DNA of 32,000 nucleotides from Vibrio cholerae ATCC 14035 (GTDB lineage Bacteria; Pseudomonadota; Gammaproteobacteria; Enterobacterales; Vibrionaceae): NCBI RefSeq assembly GCF_000621645.1, contig NZ_JHXR01000003.1, positions 120,001 to 152,000 of the forward strand, read 5' to 3'. Shown piece by piece: positions 8,091 to 19,357 of this stretch (position 1 is its first letter; each line of letters starts with the position of its first letter). The notes under the pieces were generated by a model. It saw only the letters and a program-made list of their open reading frames with translations, ran no database searches and was not told where the DNA came from. The position numbers and the translations under genes were made by a program.

Positions 8091-8880
8091 AGCTGCGATA
8101 CCGGCTGGCCCGCAGACAAATATGAATCGGCCGAGTAAGGTCTGCTAATTCAGCAAAATCAAAGCAGTGTTGGGGCTCTATTTTTAGGGTACTGACAATC
8201 GAGCGTGGCACTAGGGCGGGTAACATGCCGCCGAGCGCGAGCTGCGCCGCCGCGGTGTAAGAGTCCATCTCCATCGCGGGTCGAATGCCTTGTTTGTGCA
8301 GCATGGCCGCTTGATAGGTATTGGCGGGATTGGCTAAATCATTGGTGATAAGCTCACTTGGCAGTGCGTGCAGCGGCGCTTGGCTAATCACGGTAAATGG
8401 CTCATCACCTAGATGAAAGGTCAGCAAACCGTGATTGGCGGGCAGATAGCCGGCACAAAAGCCTAAGGTGGCTTTGCCAGATTGCACATTCTCGACAATT
8501 CGCGGTGTGTGGTTGGTGGTGATCACCCAATGCGGATCTTGCTTGCGATGTTGCCCCATCGTCTGGCCAAGATAACCCGCGACTAACGTCTCCGAGCAAT
8601 CCATACGCAGCAGCGTGTTATCTTCCAGTGTCTGCTGCTCGAAAATCAAACCATGCAACTCATTAAAGGTGGGGCCGATACTGGCAATTAATTGCTCGGC
8701 ATCCGCGGTCAATTTGATATGTCGCCCCGCTGGAACAATCAGTTTCTTGCCGAGTTTTTTCTCTAAATTCGCAATGCGTTTACTGACTGCTGACTGGCTG
8801 ATATAGAGCTGGCTACCGGTTCGGCTCATGGTTTTTTCTTTGCTGAGCACCAGTAAGGTTTCAATGCCTTCGAGTAACAT
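8020..8880 (-). CDS. LysR-family transcriptional regulator
   Basis: The N-terminal winged-HTH signature is present (SRTGSQLYISQSAVSKRIANLEKKLGKKLIVPAGRHIKLT), followed by a ~200-aa substrate-binding domain. At 286 aa it is typical of the family. Confidence 0.85.
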   Translation of the reverse strand: MLLEGIETLLVLSKEKTMSRTGSQLYISQSAVSKRIANLEKKLGKKLIVPAGRHIKLTADAEQLIASIGPTFNELHGLIFEQQTLEDNTLLRMDCSETLVAGYLGQTMGQHRKQDPHWVITTNHTPRIVENVQSGKATLGFCAGYLPANHGLLTFHLGDEPFTVISQAPLHALPSELITNDLANPANTYQAAMLHKQGIRPAMEMDSYTAAAQLALGGMLPALVPRSIVSTLKIEPQHCFDFAELADLTRPIHICLRASRYRSSRVQALITALHDAVPKAVLAPSA

Positions 8881-9031
8881 GTGTTGATGACAAATGGGAA
8901 TAGATGCGTGGATTGTATGTGGAATCTCAAGCGAGGTCGTGCATTAAGCTCACAAAGTGAACTGAGCTTTAAATACGAGGGAGATTTTTGGGATAGCGGC
9001 ACCTCGCATGGGGCGTTAGGTGCCGAGCCTG

Positions 9032-9751
9032 TTATTTGGTCAGGGCAAAGGTTGGCAGAGAAAGGTGCCAGCGGATCGCTCCGAGACGAATTAAGAGCGT
9101 GGAAAAAACGCCAGAGAGCAGAGCGGTCGAGCTGCTGTAGCCCATCGCCAGTGCGGTAGTGTGGAAAATGCCACCGATAATACAGGCGGTTGCGTACACT
9201 TCACTGCGCAGCACCATAGGAATTTCTCGGGCAAGGACATCGCGGATAATTCCACCGCCGCAGCCCGTTATCACGCCCATAATGATCGCGATTAAGGCGG
9301 AATCTTGATAGATCAGCGCTTTTTCAACCCCGATCCCGACGAAAACCGCAAGGCCAATCGCATCGCACACGGGCAAAATCCACCACGCGAGTCTTTTCGG
9401 GCGACGCACCAGTAGCATGGTCAGGGCGCAGGTGATCATAATCACCCACAGGTAGTTGGTGTCTTTGATCCAAAATACCGGAGTGGCTCCGAGCGCCATA
9501 TCGCGAATGGTGCCGCCACCAATTGCGGTCACGCTGGCGAGGACCATGACGCCAAACGGATCCATTTTCAAACGCCCCGCTAAGAGCACTCCAGAAACCG
9601 CAAAAACGGCAGTACCAAACATATCAATCAGATAAAGCAGAGAAGTATCCAAAGCGGTCTCACTATCTACACAACGATGAAAAATATCGAGCAGGCAAAT
9701 TGGGGCGGATTTTACGAGATTTAATCCGCTAAAGTTACTGCTTTTGTGCAA
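9032..9751 (-). CDS. yadS: UPF0126/TRIC-like membrane protein (YadS-like); the true start is probably internal
   Basis: The product closely parallels E. coli YadS as I recall it (GTAVFAVSGVLLAGRLKMDPFGVMVLASVTAIGGGTIRDMALG; GGGIIRDVLAREIPMVLRSEVYATACIIGG). The longest ORF overlaps the btuF 3' end by 17 nt. A TTG at 9652 would give a ~206-aa protein matching YadS length. Confidence 0.75.
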   Translation of the reverse strand: MHKSSNFSGLNLVKSAPICLLDIFHRCVDSETALDTSLLYLIDMFGTAVFAVSGVLLAGRLKMDPFGVMVLASVTAIGGGTIRDMALGATPVFWIKDTNYLWVIMITCALTMLLVRRPKRLAWWILPVCDAIGLAVFVGIGVEKALIYQDSALIAIIMGVITGCGGGIIRDVLAREIPMVLRSEVYATACIIGGIFHTTALAMGYSSSTALLSGVFSTLLIRLGAIRWHLSLPTFALTK

Positions 9752-10565
9752 TTTTGAGGTATGTGCACACTTGCTCTACCGCATCTAGGGTTCTTGGGGT
9801 CGGGCGGTTTAACCAATCGGCATTGAGTGCCCAAACCTGATCGTTTTGCACGGCGCTGAGCTCTGCCTGCCAAGCTCGCCACATGTGGCCATTGGCTATC
9901 GCATGCTCTGAGGTAAAAATCACTTGCGGCTGTTTAACCAAGACTTGCTCTATGCTCACTTGCGGATAGGGCACCTCACTGTCGGCAAAAATATTGACGC
10001 CCCCACAGAGGCTAAATACTTCACTCGGCCAGTGACCTTGAGCCAAGGTGATGATGGGTTTTTCACTGAGTTGATAGAAATAACGGATCGGCTGATTGCT
10101 CGCGTATTGCGTGCGTAAATCCTGTAAACGTTGCCGAAAGTCGTGTGCCGCTTTTTGCCCAACCTCAGGGTTGGCCGAATAGTGACTCAATGCTTCGATA
10201 TTATCGGCAATTTCATCCAATGTTTTGGTTTGTGAATCGTAAATCGTAAAACCGAGTTGGCGCAGTTTAGCCAATTCACGCGGTGGATTGCCCGCTGGCC
10301 AAGCGATGATCAAATCGGGTTTGAGCGTCAGGATTTTCTCGATATTGATGGTTTGATGATTGGCGACGCGCTCCAGTTCGAGCGCTTGTGGCGGATAGTC
10401 GCTGTACTCGCTCACCGCAACCAACTTATCACCCAAACCGGCGGCATAAGCAATTTCTGTCGCGTGAGGGGCAAGGCTGATGATGCGCTCGGCGGGAAAA
10501 GGCTTGGCCAATAAGCTTGGGGTGATGAACAGAAACGTGCAGGCGATAAGCCGGATAACAAGCAT
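9735..10565 (-). CDS. btuF: Vitamin B12 ABC transporter periplasmic binding protein
   Basis: An N-terminal signal peptide is present. RIISLAPHATEIAYAAGLGDKLVAVSEYSDYPPQA and later blocks parallel E. coli BtuF. Synteny with mtnN and yadS is as in E. coli. The start abuts the upstream stop (TAAATG at 10563-10568). Confidence 0.85.
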   Translation of the reverse strand: MLVIRLIACTFLFITPSLLAKPFPAERIISLAPHATEIAYAAGLGDKLVAVSEYSDYPPQALELERVANHQTINIEKILTLKPDLIIAWPAGNPPRELAKLRQLGFTIYDSQTKTLDEIADNIEALSHYSANPEVGQKAAHDFRQRLQDLRTQYASNQPIRYFYQLSEKPIITLAQGHWPSEVFSLCGGVNIFADSEVPYPQVSIEQVLVKQPQVIFTSEHAIANGHMWRAWQAELSAVQNDQVWALNADWLNRPTPRTLDAVEQVCTYLKIAQKQ

Positions 10566-11519
10566 TTATACTCCGCGATAAATCAGTAGTAACAGTAAAC
10601 TTTCTAGCGCAATCCAGACAAAAATACGCCACGCGATAAGGCTTTGCACTTGCGCAATATGAATCGCCGCTGGGGCGATGCGCCCGCCAATTTTGGCGCG
10701 TACGCTTTTTTGCTCACCATAAATGGCAGGGCCGCCTAAGGCGAGCTGCAATTTATTGCCAACCGCACACAGTAGCCAAGCGGGTCCCGGCAATGGCCAA
10801 CTGCGGCTTTGTTCGAGTACCGTTTTGAAAATCGTCCCCGCTTGTTTACCGAGAATAATCAACAGACTAAATAGGCGCAGTGGCAACCAATCAAGCAGCG
10901 CGAGAATACGCACCGCAGTAAAACCAAACGGTTGGAAGGTGGTGCGCGACGGTGACCAAGCACGAGCCAGTTCGGCAATTAAGCGATACAAGAATGCGCC
11001 GCTGCCGCCCAGTACTCCATACCAAAACAGCACGCCAATCACGTTACGGCCAAAGCCCATGACTAAGGTTTCCACTCCCGCCTTGCCAAGCCCCAGCGCG
11101 GACAGTGTCGTGGTCTGGCGATTGACAAAAGGTTGTAATAAGGCGCGTGCTTGTGGCTTGTCCTCTTTCGCGAGAGCTTGTGCCAGTTGATTGGCTAAAG
11201 TCTCTTGGCGTCGCCAATCTAATGACAGAAGCAGCAGCGCTAAATCAAACAGTTGTGGTTGCCAGACTAAGGGTTTGAGTGCCCAAAGAAGTGCCATCGT
11301 CGGGAAAATCATCAAACCCCATGCGAGGGCGCCAGACAGGAGATTTTGTGCATAACTGGCTGGTGTGTTGACCTTACTTGCCAGCAGTTCAGCAAACTTG
11401 TGCCACAAAGTGACTGGATGCGCAGCATGAGGAATAGGCAGCAGCAGATGAAATAAGAGTGCGCCCCACATCACGAGGAGCGCACCATTGGCATAAAAGT
11501 GGGAAAACCCAGTTTCCAT
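10566..11519 (-). CDS. cobD: CobD/CbiB-family membrane protein (adenosylcobinamide-phosphate synthase family)
   Basis: This is a 317-aa polytopic membrane protein between mtnN and btuF. Its overall organisation and the GKAGVETLVMGFGRNVIGVLFWY block resemble CbiB/CobD. The assignment is by recollection of family features only. Confidence 0.55.
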   Translation of the reverse strand: METGFSHFYANGALLVMWGALLFHLLLPIPHAAHPVTLWHKFAELLASKVNTPASYAQNLLSGALAWGLMIFPTMALLWALKPLVWQPQLFDLALLLLSLDWRRQETLANQLAQALAKEDKPQARALLQPFVNRQTTTLSALGLGKAGVETLVMGFGRNVIGVLFWYGVLGGSGAFLYRLIAELARAWSPSRTTFQPFGFTAVRILALLDWLPLRLFSLLIILGKQAGTIFKTVLEQSRSWPLPGPAWLLCAVGNKLQLALGGPAIYGEQKSVRAKIGGRIAPAAIHIAQVQSLIAWRIFVWIALESLLLLLIYRGV

Positions 11520-11531
11520 TAATGAACTCGC

Positions 11532-12227
11532 TTATTTGAGCAGTTCGACCATTTTCAGCACCATAGCGGAAGAGCTTTTGGCGGCCAGTGGCAAGAACTC
11601 TTCAAACGACAGTGGAGATTCTTTATCAGCAACGTCAGAAATCGCGCGAACCACCACAAAGGGCACCTTGAATTGGTGACAAGTTTGCGCAATCGCAGAG
11701 GCTTCCATTTCTACCGCAACAACGCTTGGGAAATGTTGGCGAATAAATTGCTGACGTTCAGCGGTGCACACAAACGCATCACCGGTACAGATAAGGCCAC
11801 GCACCGCATGAGTATTTGGCAATTGAGCCAGCGCTTGTTCCGCCACTGTCATCAATTTCTCGTCGGCTTTAAAGGCGGCGGGTTGGCCAGCCATTTGGCC
11901 AATTTCATAACCAAATGCAGTCACATCCGCATCGTGATGGCGCACTTCGCTTGAAATGACCACATCACCCACATTCAAACTTGCGTCAAAGCCGCCCGCA
12001 GAACCCGTATTGATCACCACATCCGGCGCATACTGGCTAATCAGCAAAGCGGTGCCTAATGCTGCCGAGACTTTACCAATGCCTGATTGCAGTAAAACGA
12101 CGTCGACACCTTGGATTTGACCGCTGTAAAAAGTACAACCGGCTTGGTTAACTTCTTGCACGTCTTCGATGAGATCTTTCAGGATGGCGACTTCTTGTTG
12201 CATTGCGCCGATGATGCCGATTTTCAT
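11532..12227 (-). CDS. mtnN: 5'-methylthioadenosine/S-adenosylhomocysteine nucleosidase
   Basis: The 231-aa product begins [13 protein letters not shown] ... [15 protein letters not shown] ... and contains [12 protein letters not shown], which is highly similar to E. coli Pfs/MtnN. Confidence 0.95.
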
Positions 12228-12289
12228 AGGGGCTCTCTTTCATCTATCAATAGGAAAACAGGCCGCAGTGTAGCATGAGCGAACGCAAT

Positions 12290-12321
12290 CGATCGAGATT
12301 AGGGGCGATCGAGATTAGGGT
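12290..12321. repeat. 16-bp tandem duplication (2 copies) spanning the DUF1499 stop codon
   Basis: cgatcgagattagggg (12290-12305) is followed by cgatcgagattagggt (12306-12321); the copies match at 15 of 16 positions. Confidence 0.9.
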
Positions 12322-12749
12322 TGCTCAAGTAAACCAGACAGCGTGAGCTTTTCGCGCAGCTCTTCAGCGCGGCGACGATTCACTCCAAAATCACTGTAGC
12401 CAATCCGCGATTCAGAGCGAACCCATAAGTGATCTTGTTCGATTTTGAGTTCCAGATCATCGACGAAGCGGAATACTTTGGAGGTGCATTCGATACGGAG
12501 ATACTGGGCATTTTTTTCAGCGGTCACCGCACCAGGAAGAGAAAGGGCAATCCGTTCAACCTGCTCAATCGTGACCCCTGGGCGCAAAATAAACGGTGCA
12601 AGGTTAAATTTATCCCGCTCATCTTGAGTTGAAACACAGTTCGGTCGATTGGCGCAAGGCGTGGCGGTGCGGTCTGGCATAGAATCGACTCCCTGACTGC
12701 AGGCGGTAAGCGAAAAGGCAGCAATAATGGCATAAAACGATGGGTGCAT
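12315..12749 (-). CDS. DUF1499-family lipoprotein
   Basis: A lipobox is present (FSLTAC at the end of the signal peptide). The RPNCVSTQ motif is typical of DUF1499 proteins. Confidence 0.7.
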   Translation of the reverse strand: MHPSFYAIIAAFSLTACSQGVDSMPDRTATPCANRPNCVSTQDERDKFNLAPFILRPGVTIEQVERIALSLPGAVTAEKNAQYLRIECTSKVFRFVDDLELKIEQDHLWVRSESRIGYSDFGVNRRRAEELREKLTLSGLLEQP

Positions 12750-12864
12750 GTTGGTAAGCTCACTCTCATCTCAGATCCCCCATTCACATGAGGTGGCAGA
12801 TGGAGTGTCCGCCACTGCAAATCGTTTAGGGTTATCAATCTATTTTGTGCTCATTATAGGTAGC

Positions 12865-12900
12865 AAAAATAAAAAAGGATCCATAACACTATGAATCCTT
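12865..12900 (-). terminator. Rho-independent terminator downstream of gltD
   Basis: On the minus strand, aaggattcat pairs with atggatcctt (10 bp including one G-U pair) around a 6-nt loop. The tail is TTTTATTTTT. It lies 36 nt after the gltD stop. Confidence 0.7.
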
Positions 12901-12935
12901 TGTTGTTTGCTTCGATCTAATCCCAAAACTGTGAG

Positions 12936-14351
<1,416 letters not shown>

Positions 14352-14366
14352 TCAGGCTCCTTCCAA

Positions 14367-17300
14367 TTATTGTGCTTGCACGCGCAGTTCAGCTGCGCTG
14401 CGGTTCTGATGGCCGAGCAGGGTACGTAAGTCCGCTGCTTGTGGTTTGATCAGATAGAACTTCGGAATCCATTCATCAAAGTTCGCCAAAATTCGCTCTG
14501 CGTGGGCGGAGCCAGTCTCTTCGAGATGTTCAGCAATCAACCCGCGCAGATGCTCTTGATGGATATATAAGTCGGTCAAGGCAACCGCTTCAACGGATTC
14601 ATCATTGACGCGGCCTTGGAAATCGCCATTCTCATCGAGTACGTAAGCAAAGCCGCCGGTCATGCCTGCGCCAAAGTTCACGCCCGTTGCGCCTAAAATG
14701 GCGACGATGCCACCGGTCATATATTCACAGGCGTTATCGCCAGCGCCTTCAATCACCGCAATCGTGCCGGAGTTGCGCACCGCGAAACGCTCGCCAGCTT
14801 TACCTGCGGCAAACAGTTTACCGCCCGTTGCGCCATACAAGCAGGTGTTGCCGATAATGGTCGCTTCGTTACACACAAAAGCGGTGCCTTGGTGGGGGCG
14901 AATCACAATTTTGCCGCCTGCCATGCCTTTACCGACATAGTCGTTGGCATCACCGGTGAGATACAGCTCAAGACCACCTGCGTTCCAGACTCCGAACGAT
15001 TGCCCTGCGGTACCATTGAGGACGACCTTGATGGGCGAGGTGGCGACGCCGAGATTGCCGTAACGTTTCGCGATTTCACCAGAGAGACGCGCGCCAATCG
15101 AACGGTCGGTGTTGATCACGTTGTAATAGAGCTCCAGCGATTGCTGGTTTTCCACGGCTGCTAGCGCATCTTCGACGATTTTCTGGTTAAGTGCCCCTTT
15201 ATCAAACGGCGTGTTCGGTTCGGTGCAGTACAGTGGCAGATTTTGTGGTGATACAGGTGCTTCGAGCAGATCGGAGAGATCCAATTTGCTCTGTTTCGCG
15301 GTCATGCCTTCTACCACCTCCAACAGATCGGTACGGCCGATGAGATCGGTGAGCTTCTCAACGCCCAATTCGGCCAGATAACCGCGCACTTCTTCAGCTA
15401 AGCCTTTGAAATAGTTCATCACCATCTCTGGCAGACCTTTGAAGTAATCTTTGCGCAGCGTTTCATCCTGCGTTGCCACACCGGTTGCACAGTTGTTGAG
15501 GTGGCAAATACGCAAGAATTTACACCCCATCGCCACCATAGGCGCAGTACCAAAACCAAAACTTTCCGCGCCTAAAATCGCTCCTTTGATCACATCCAAT
15601 CCGGTTTTCAAACCGCCATCGACTTGTAGACGGATCTTGTGACGCAGACCGTTGGCGACCAAGGCTTGTTGCGTTTCCGCCAAACCGAGCTCCCAAGGGC
15701 TTCCTGCATATTTTACAGAGGTGAGCGGGCTGGCTGCGGTGCCGCCGTCATAACCTGAGATGGTGATAAGGTCGGCGTAGGCTTTTGCCACACCAGTGGC
15801 AATCGTGCCAACGCCCGGCTCAGAGACGAGCTTGACCGAGACCAAGGCCTTCGGGTTGATCTGTTTAAGATCGAAAATCAGCTGCGCCAAATCTTCAATC
15901 GAGTAGATATCGTGATGCGGCGGCGGCGAAATCAAAGTCACACCGGGAACGGAATAACGCAGTTTGGCGATCTCCGCCGTGACCTTATGCCCCGGAAGCT
16001 GACCGCCTTCACCGGGTTTTGCCCCTTGCGCCACTTTAATTTGCAGCACATCCGCATTGGTTAAATAGTGCGGTGTAACCCCAAAACGACCAGAGGCGAC
16101 TTGCTTGATACGTGAGTTACGCTCAGTGCCAAAGCGGCGTGGATCTTCACCACCTTCACCTGAGTTGGAATAGCCGCCTAGGCGGTTCATCGCGGTGGCT
16201 AACGCTTCATGGGCTTCTGGGCTTAACGCGCCAATCGACATGGCAGCGGAGTCAAAGCGTTTGTAGAGATCGCTCGCGGGCTCGATATGCTCCAGTGGCA
16301 GCGGTTTATCCGAGGTTTTCAAACGCAGCAAATCACGCAGCATGGCGACTGGGCGCTGGTTGACTTGCTGAGCAAACTCACGGTAATCCATGATTTCGCC
16401 GGATTTGACCGCTTTTTGTAGGGTACCAACCACATCTGGGTTGTAGGCGTGGTATTCGCCACCGTGAACGTATTTGAGTAAACCACCGTGTTCGAGAGGC
16501 TTACGTTTTGCCCATGCTTTACGCGACAGATTAAACAGATCTTGCTCAAAATCGTCGAAGTTCGCGCCTTGAATGCGAGTGGTAACCCCTTTAAAGCAGA
16601 GATCAACCACATCGCGGTGCAGACCCACCGCTTCAAACAGTTGTGAGCAGCGATAAGAGGCGACAGTCGAAATGCCCATTTTGGACATGATTTTGTACAG
16701 ACCTTTGTTGATACCGTATTGGTAATTCTGCATCACTTCGCGATAGCTCTTTTGCAGCGCGCCATCATCAATCATTTTGCCCAGCGTTTCGTAGGCAAGG
16801 TAAGGATAAACGGCCGTGGCACCAAAGCCGATCAGCACCGCAAAATGGTGTGGATCGCGCGCGGCACCGGTTTCAATAATGATGTTGGCATCGCAGCGTA
16901 AATTGGCTTCCACCAGACGAGCTTGTACTGCACCAACCGCCATAGCAGCGGGGATCGGCAGACGATCCGCGGTTAATGCGCGGTCGGAGAGCACCACTAA
17001 AACGGTGCCTTCGCGCACCACTTGTTCGGCTTTGTCACACAAATCCAACACCGCTTGTTTGAGATTTTTCTCTTGCGGATCGAAGTTGATGTCAAGAATG
17101 GTGTTGCGATAGTGCTGATCGCTGAGCGTCAGTAACTGCTGCATATCTGAGTAGAGCAGGATCGGCGAATCAAAAGTGACGCGATGGGCGTGACCATCGG
17201 TTTCGCAAAATACGTTCATCTCTTGGCCGATGCTGGTGGCCAGCGACATCACATGTTTTTCACGCAGTGGATCGATCGGTGGGTTGGTCACTTGAGCGAA

Positions 17301-18830
17301 TTTTTGCCGGAAATAATCGCTGATCAGGCGCTCTTTGGAAGAAAGCACCGCCATCGGCGTGTCATCACCCATTGAACCGACCGCTTCTTGTGCCATATCG
17401 CCAAGCACGCGCAGGATTTGATCGATCTCTTCGTTGCTCATCGCAAACTGCTTTTGATAGGTTTTTAGCAAGTCAGCATCAAAGCTGCGCTCACCAACCT
17501 TATCATCGGGCAACTGTGAAAAGGGCGTGAGTTTATGAACGTTATTTTCCATCCACTCACGATAGGGGTGACGGCTTTTTAGGTCGTTATCAATTTCGCT
17601 CGATTGCCAAATTTTGCCTTTGCGAGTGTCGATCACCAGCAGCTCGCCGGGGCCAACCCGACCTTTTTCAGACACTTCATCTGGTGCGTAATCCCAAATC
17701 CCGACTTCTGAAGCGAGGGTGATGAGCTTATCTTTGGTGATCACATAACGCGCAGGACGCAGGCCGTTACGGTCAAGGTTACACGCGGCGTAACGACCAT
17801 CGGACAGCACGATCCCCGCCGGGCCATCCCAAGGCTCCATGTGTTTGGAGTTGAAATCGTAGAAAGCACGCAGATCCGGATCCATATCCGGATGGTTTTG
17901 CCATGCGGGCGGAACCAGCATGCGCATCGCACGGAAGATATCCATCCCGCCGGCTAAAAACAGATCCAGCATGTTGTCTAGGCTCGAAGAGTCCGAACCG
18001 GTTTCATTCACAAAAGGGGCAGCGCTTTGCAAATCGGGCAGCAGCGGTGACGCGAACTTATAAGCCCGAGCGCGTGCCCACTGGCGGTTACCTTCAATGG
18101 TGTTGATTTCGCCATTGTGCGCCAGATAGCGAAACGGCTGAGCCAGCGGCCAGCGTGGCTGAGTATTGGTGGAGAAACGTTGGTGGAACAAGCAAATCGC
18201 CGATTCCATACGCAGATCGGCTAAGTCGAGATAAAAGCGTGGTAGGTCTGCGGGCATACACAGGCCTTTGTAAACCAACACTTGAGTCGAGAGCGAGCAG
18301 ATGTAGAAATCGCGATCATCCGTAATCTGTTTTTCAATGCGACGACGCGCAATATACAGACGGCGCTCAACATCGCGCTCACGCCAACCGGCCGGGGCGG
18401 AGATGAAGACTTGTTGAATATCGGGCAAAGAGTCGAGGGCTATCGGGCCAAGCACTTTCGGGTTGGTGGGCACTTTGCGCCAACCTGCCACGCTTAAGGT
18501 TTCTTTAGCGAGTTCTTGGTTAACAATTTGCTGTGCCAGCTGCGCTTTGTGTGGATCTCGGCTGAGAAACAGCATGCCAATCGCGTACTGTTTGCTGAGT
18601 TTCCAATGTTGCTCTTCTGCGATCAGGCGCAAATAAGAGTCAGGTTTTTGCAGCAACAGACCACAGCCATCACCAGTTTTACCATCGGCGGCGATACCGC
18701 CACGGTGAGTCATGCGATCAAGTGCTGAAATCGCGGTACGAACGAGTTTGTGACTGGCTTGCCCTTCCATGTGCGCGATCAAGCCGAATCCACAGTTGTC
18801 TTTTTCAAGACTTGGATCGTATAGAGCCAT
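14367..18830 (-). CDS. gltB: Glutamate synthase (NADPH) large subunit, E. coli type
   Basis: The 1487-aa product has an N-terminus [20 protein letters not shown] with the Ntn catalytic Cys, plus FMN/3Fe-4S and GXGXG domains. It is colinear with E. coli GltB as I recall it. A GGGAG Shine-Dalgarno sequence lies 7 nt upstream of the ATG. Confidence 0.97.
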   Translation of the reverse strand: MALYDPSLEKDNCGFGLIAHMEGQASHKLVRTAISALDRMTHRGGIAADGKTGDGCGLLLQKPDSYLRLIAEEQHWKLSKQYAIGMLFLSRDPHKAQLAQQIVNQELAKETLSVAGWRKVPTNPKVLGPIALDSLPDIQQVFISAPAGWRERDVERRLYIARRRIEKQITDDRDFYICSLSTQVLVYKGLCMPADLPRFYLDLADLRMESAICLFHQRFSTNTQPRWPLAQPFRYLAHNGEINTIEGNRQWARARAYKFASPLLPDLQSAAPFVNETGSDSSSLDNMLDLFLAGGMDIFRAMRMLVPPAWQNHPDMDPDLRAFYDFNSKHMEPWDGPAGIVLSDGRYAACNLDRNGLRPARYVITKDKLITLASEVGIWDYAPDEVSEKGRVGPGELLVIDTRKGKIWQSSEIDNDLKSRHPYREWMENNVHKLTPFSQLPDDKVGERSFDADLLKTYQKQFAMSNEEIDQILRVLGDMAQEAVGSMGDDTPMAVLSSKERLISDYFRQKFAQVTNPPIDPLREKHVMSLATSIGQEMNVFCETDGHAHRVTFDSPILLYSDMQQLLTLSDQHYRNTILDINFDPQEKNLKQAVLDLCDKAEQVVREGTVLVVLSDRALTADRLPIPAAMAVGAVQARLVEANLRCDANIIIETGAARDPHHFAVLIGFGATAVYPYLAYETLGKMIDDGALQKSYREVMQNYQYGINKGLYKIMSKMGISTVASYRCSQLFEAVGLHRDVVDLCFKGVTTRIQGANFDDFEQDLFNLSRKAWAKRKPLEHGGLLKYVHGGEYHAYNPDVVGTLQKAVKSGEIMDYREFAQQVNQRPVAMLRDLLRLKTSDKPLPLEHIEPASDLYKRFDSAAMSIGALSPEAHEALATAMNRLGGYSNSGEGGEDPRRFGTERNSRIKQVASGRFGVTPHYLTNADVLQIKVAQGAKPGEGGQLPGHKVTAEIAKLRYSVPGVTLISPPPHHDIYSIEDLAQLIFDLKQINPKALVSVKLVSEPGVGTIATGVAKAYADLITISGYDGGTAASPLTSVKYAGSPWELGLAETQQALVANGLRHKIRLQVDGGLKTGLDVIKGAILGAESFGFGTAPMVAMGCKFLRICHLNNCATGVATQDETLRKDYFKGLPEMVMNYFKGLAEEVRGYLAELGVEKLTDLIGRTDLLEVVEGMTAKQSKLDLSDLLEAPVSPQNLPLYCTEPNTPFDKGALNQKIVEDALAAVENQQSLELYYNVINTDRSIGARLSGEIAKRYGNLGVATSPIKVVLNGTAGQSFGVWNAGGLELYLTGDANDYVGKGMAGGKIVIRPHQGTAFVCNEATIIGNTCLYGATGGKLFAAGKAGERFAVRNSGTIAVIEGAGDNACEYMTGGIVAILGATGVNFGAGMTGGFAYVLDENGDFQGRVNDESVEAVALTDLYIHQEHLRGLIAEHLEETGSAHAERILANFDEWIPKFYLIKPQAADLRTLLGHQNRSAAELRVQAQ

Positions 18831-19030
18831 TGCAATTCTCCCTTTGCATCTCTGTCATCCAGACAGTAAATGACAATTCCCTTACTCCTTGAAACAGCCT
18901 CGGTATGGGCGGTGTCTGTCTACTCCAATCACATAGTTATCTATGCTGATGGGGATTCATCCACTTCCGTTTAACGATGGCTTCAAGTAGCTTGGGTATA
19001 ACTATTCATTTAAATCTTTATAATTTGAAT

Positions 19031-19066
19031 AATTAACTAACATTTCAGGTTAATTAATTAACATTT
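19031..19066 (-). promoter_or_regulatory. Two AT-rich direct repeats 21 bp apart upstream of gltB; candidate regulator sites (ArcA-box-like, Lrp or IHF possible)
   Basis: aattaactaacattt (19031-19045) and aattaattaacattt (19052-19066). On the minus strand these read TGTTAGTTAA and TGTTAATTAA. The second equals the published ArcA decamer [A/T]GTTAATTA[A/T]. They lie about 200-235 nt upstream of the gltB ATG. Confidence 0.3.
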
Positions 19067-19258
19067 TTGCGGGATTTTATTTTCACCGAATTCACAACCT
19101 ATAGCTTATTGTACAAAAGGTCAAGTTATTGGTTGAAAATAGGGTTTGCAGGGTATTTGCCGAGGAATACTTCAAATAATGTCATTATATTCAATGGGAT
19201 AGTTTTCTCTCAGTTACAGATAACTCAAGGTTTTATCCCGTGTGATGAGAATAGGCAT

Positions 19259-19285
19259 AAAAAAGGCCAGCAGGGAGTGCTGGCC
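19259..19285 (-). terminator. Rho-independent terminator downstream of the second GOGAT operon
   Basis: On the minus strand, ggccagca pairs with tgctggcc around a 5-nt loop, followed by TTTTTT. It lies 73 nt after the stop at 19358. Confidence 0.8.
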
Positions 19286-19357
19286 GAAGTAAAACAATAT
19301 GGAAGGAAACGGTTGTGTTGACACGGATGAGGATGCATCACCCGCGCCAACAGAGGA

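Noticed and set aside
8998-9024. The hairpin ggcacct/aggtgcc downstream of yadS, considered as a terminator
   Set aside because: It has a 13-nt loop and no U-tract on the minus strand, so it does not meet intrinsic terminator criteria.
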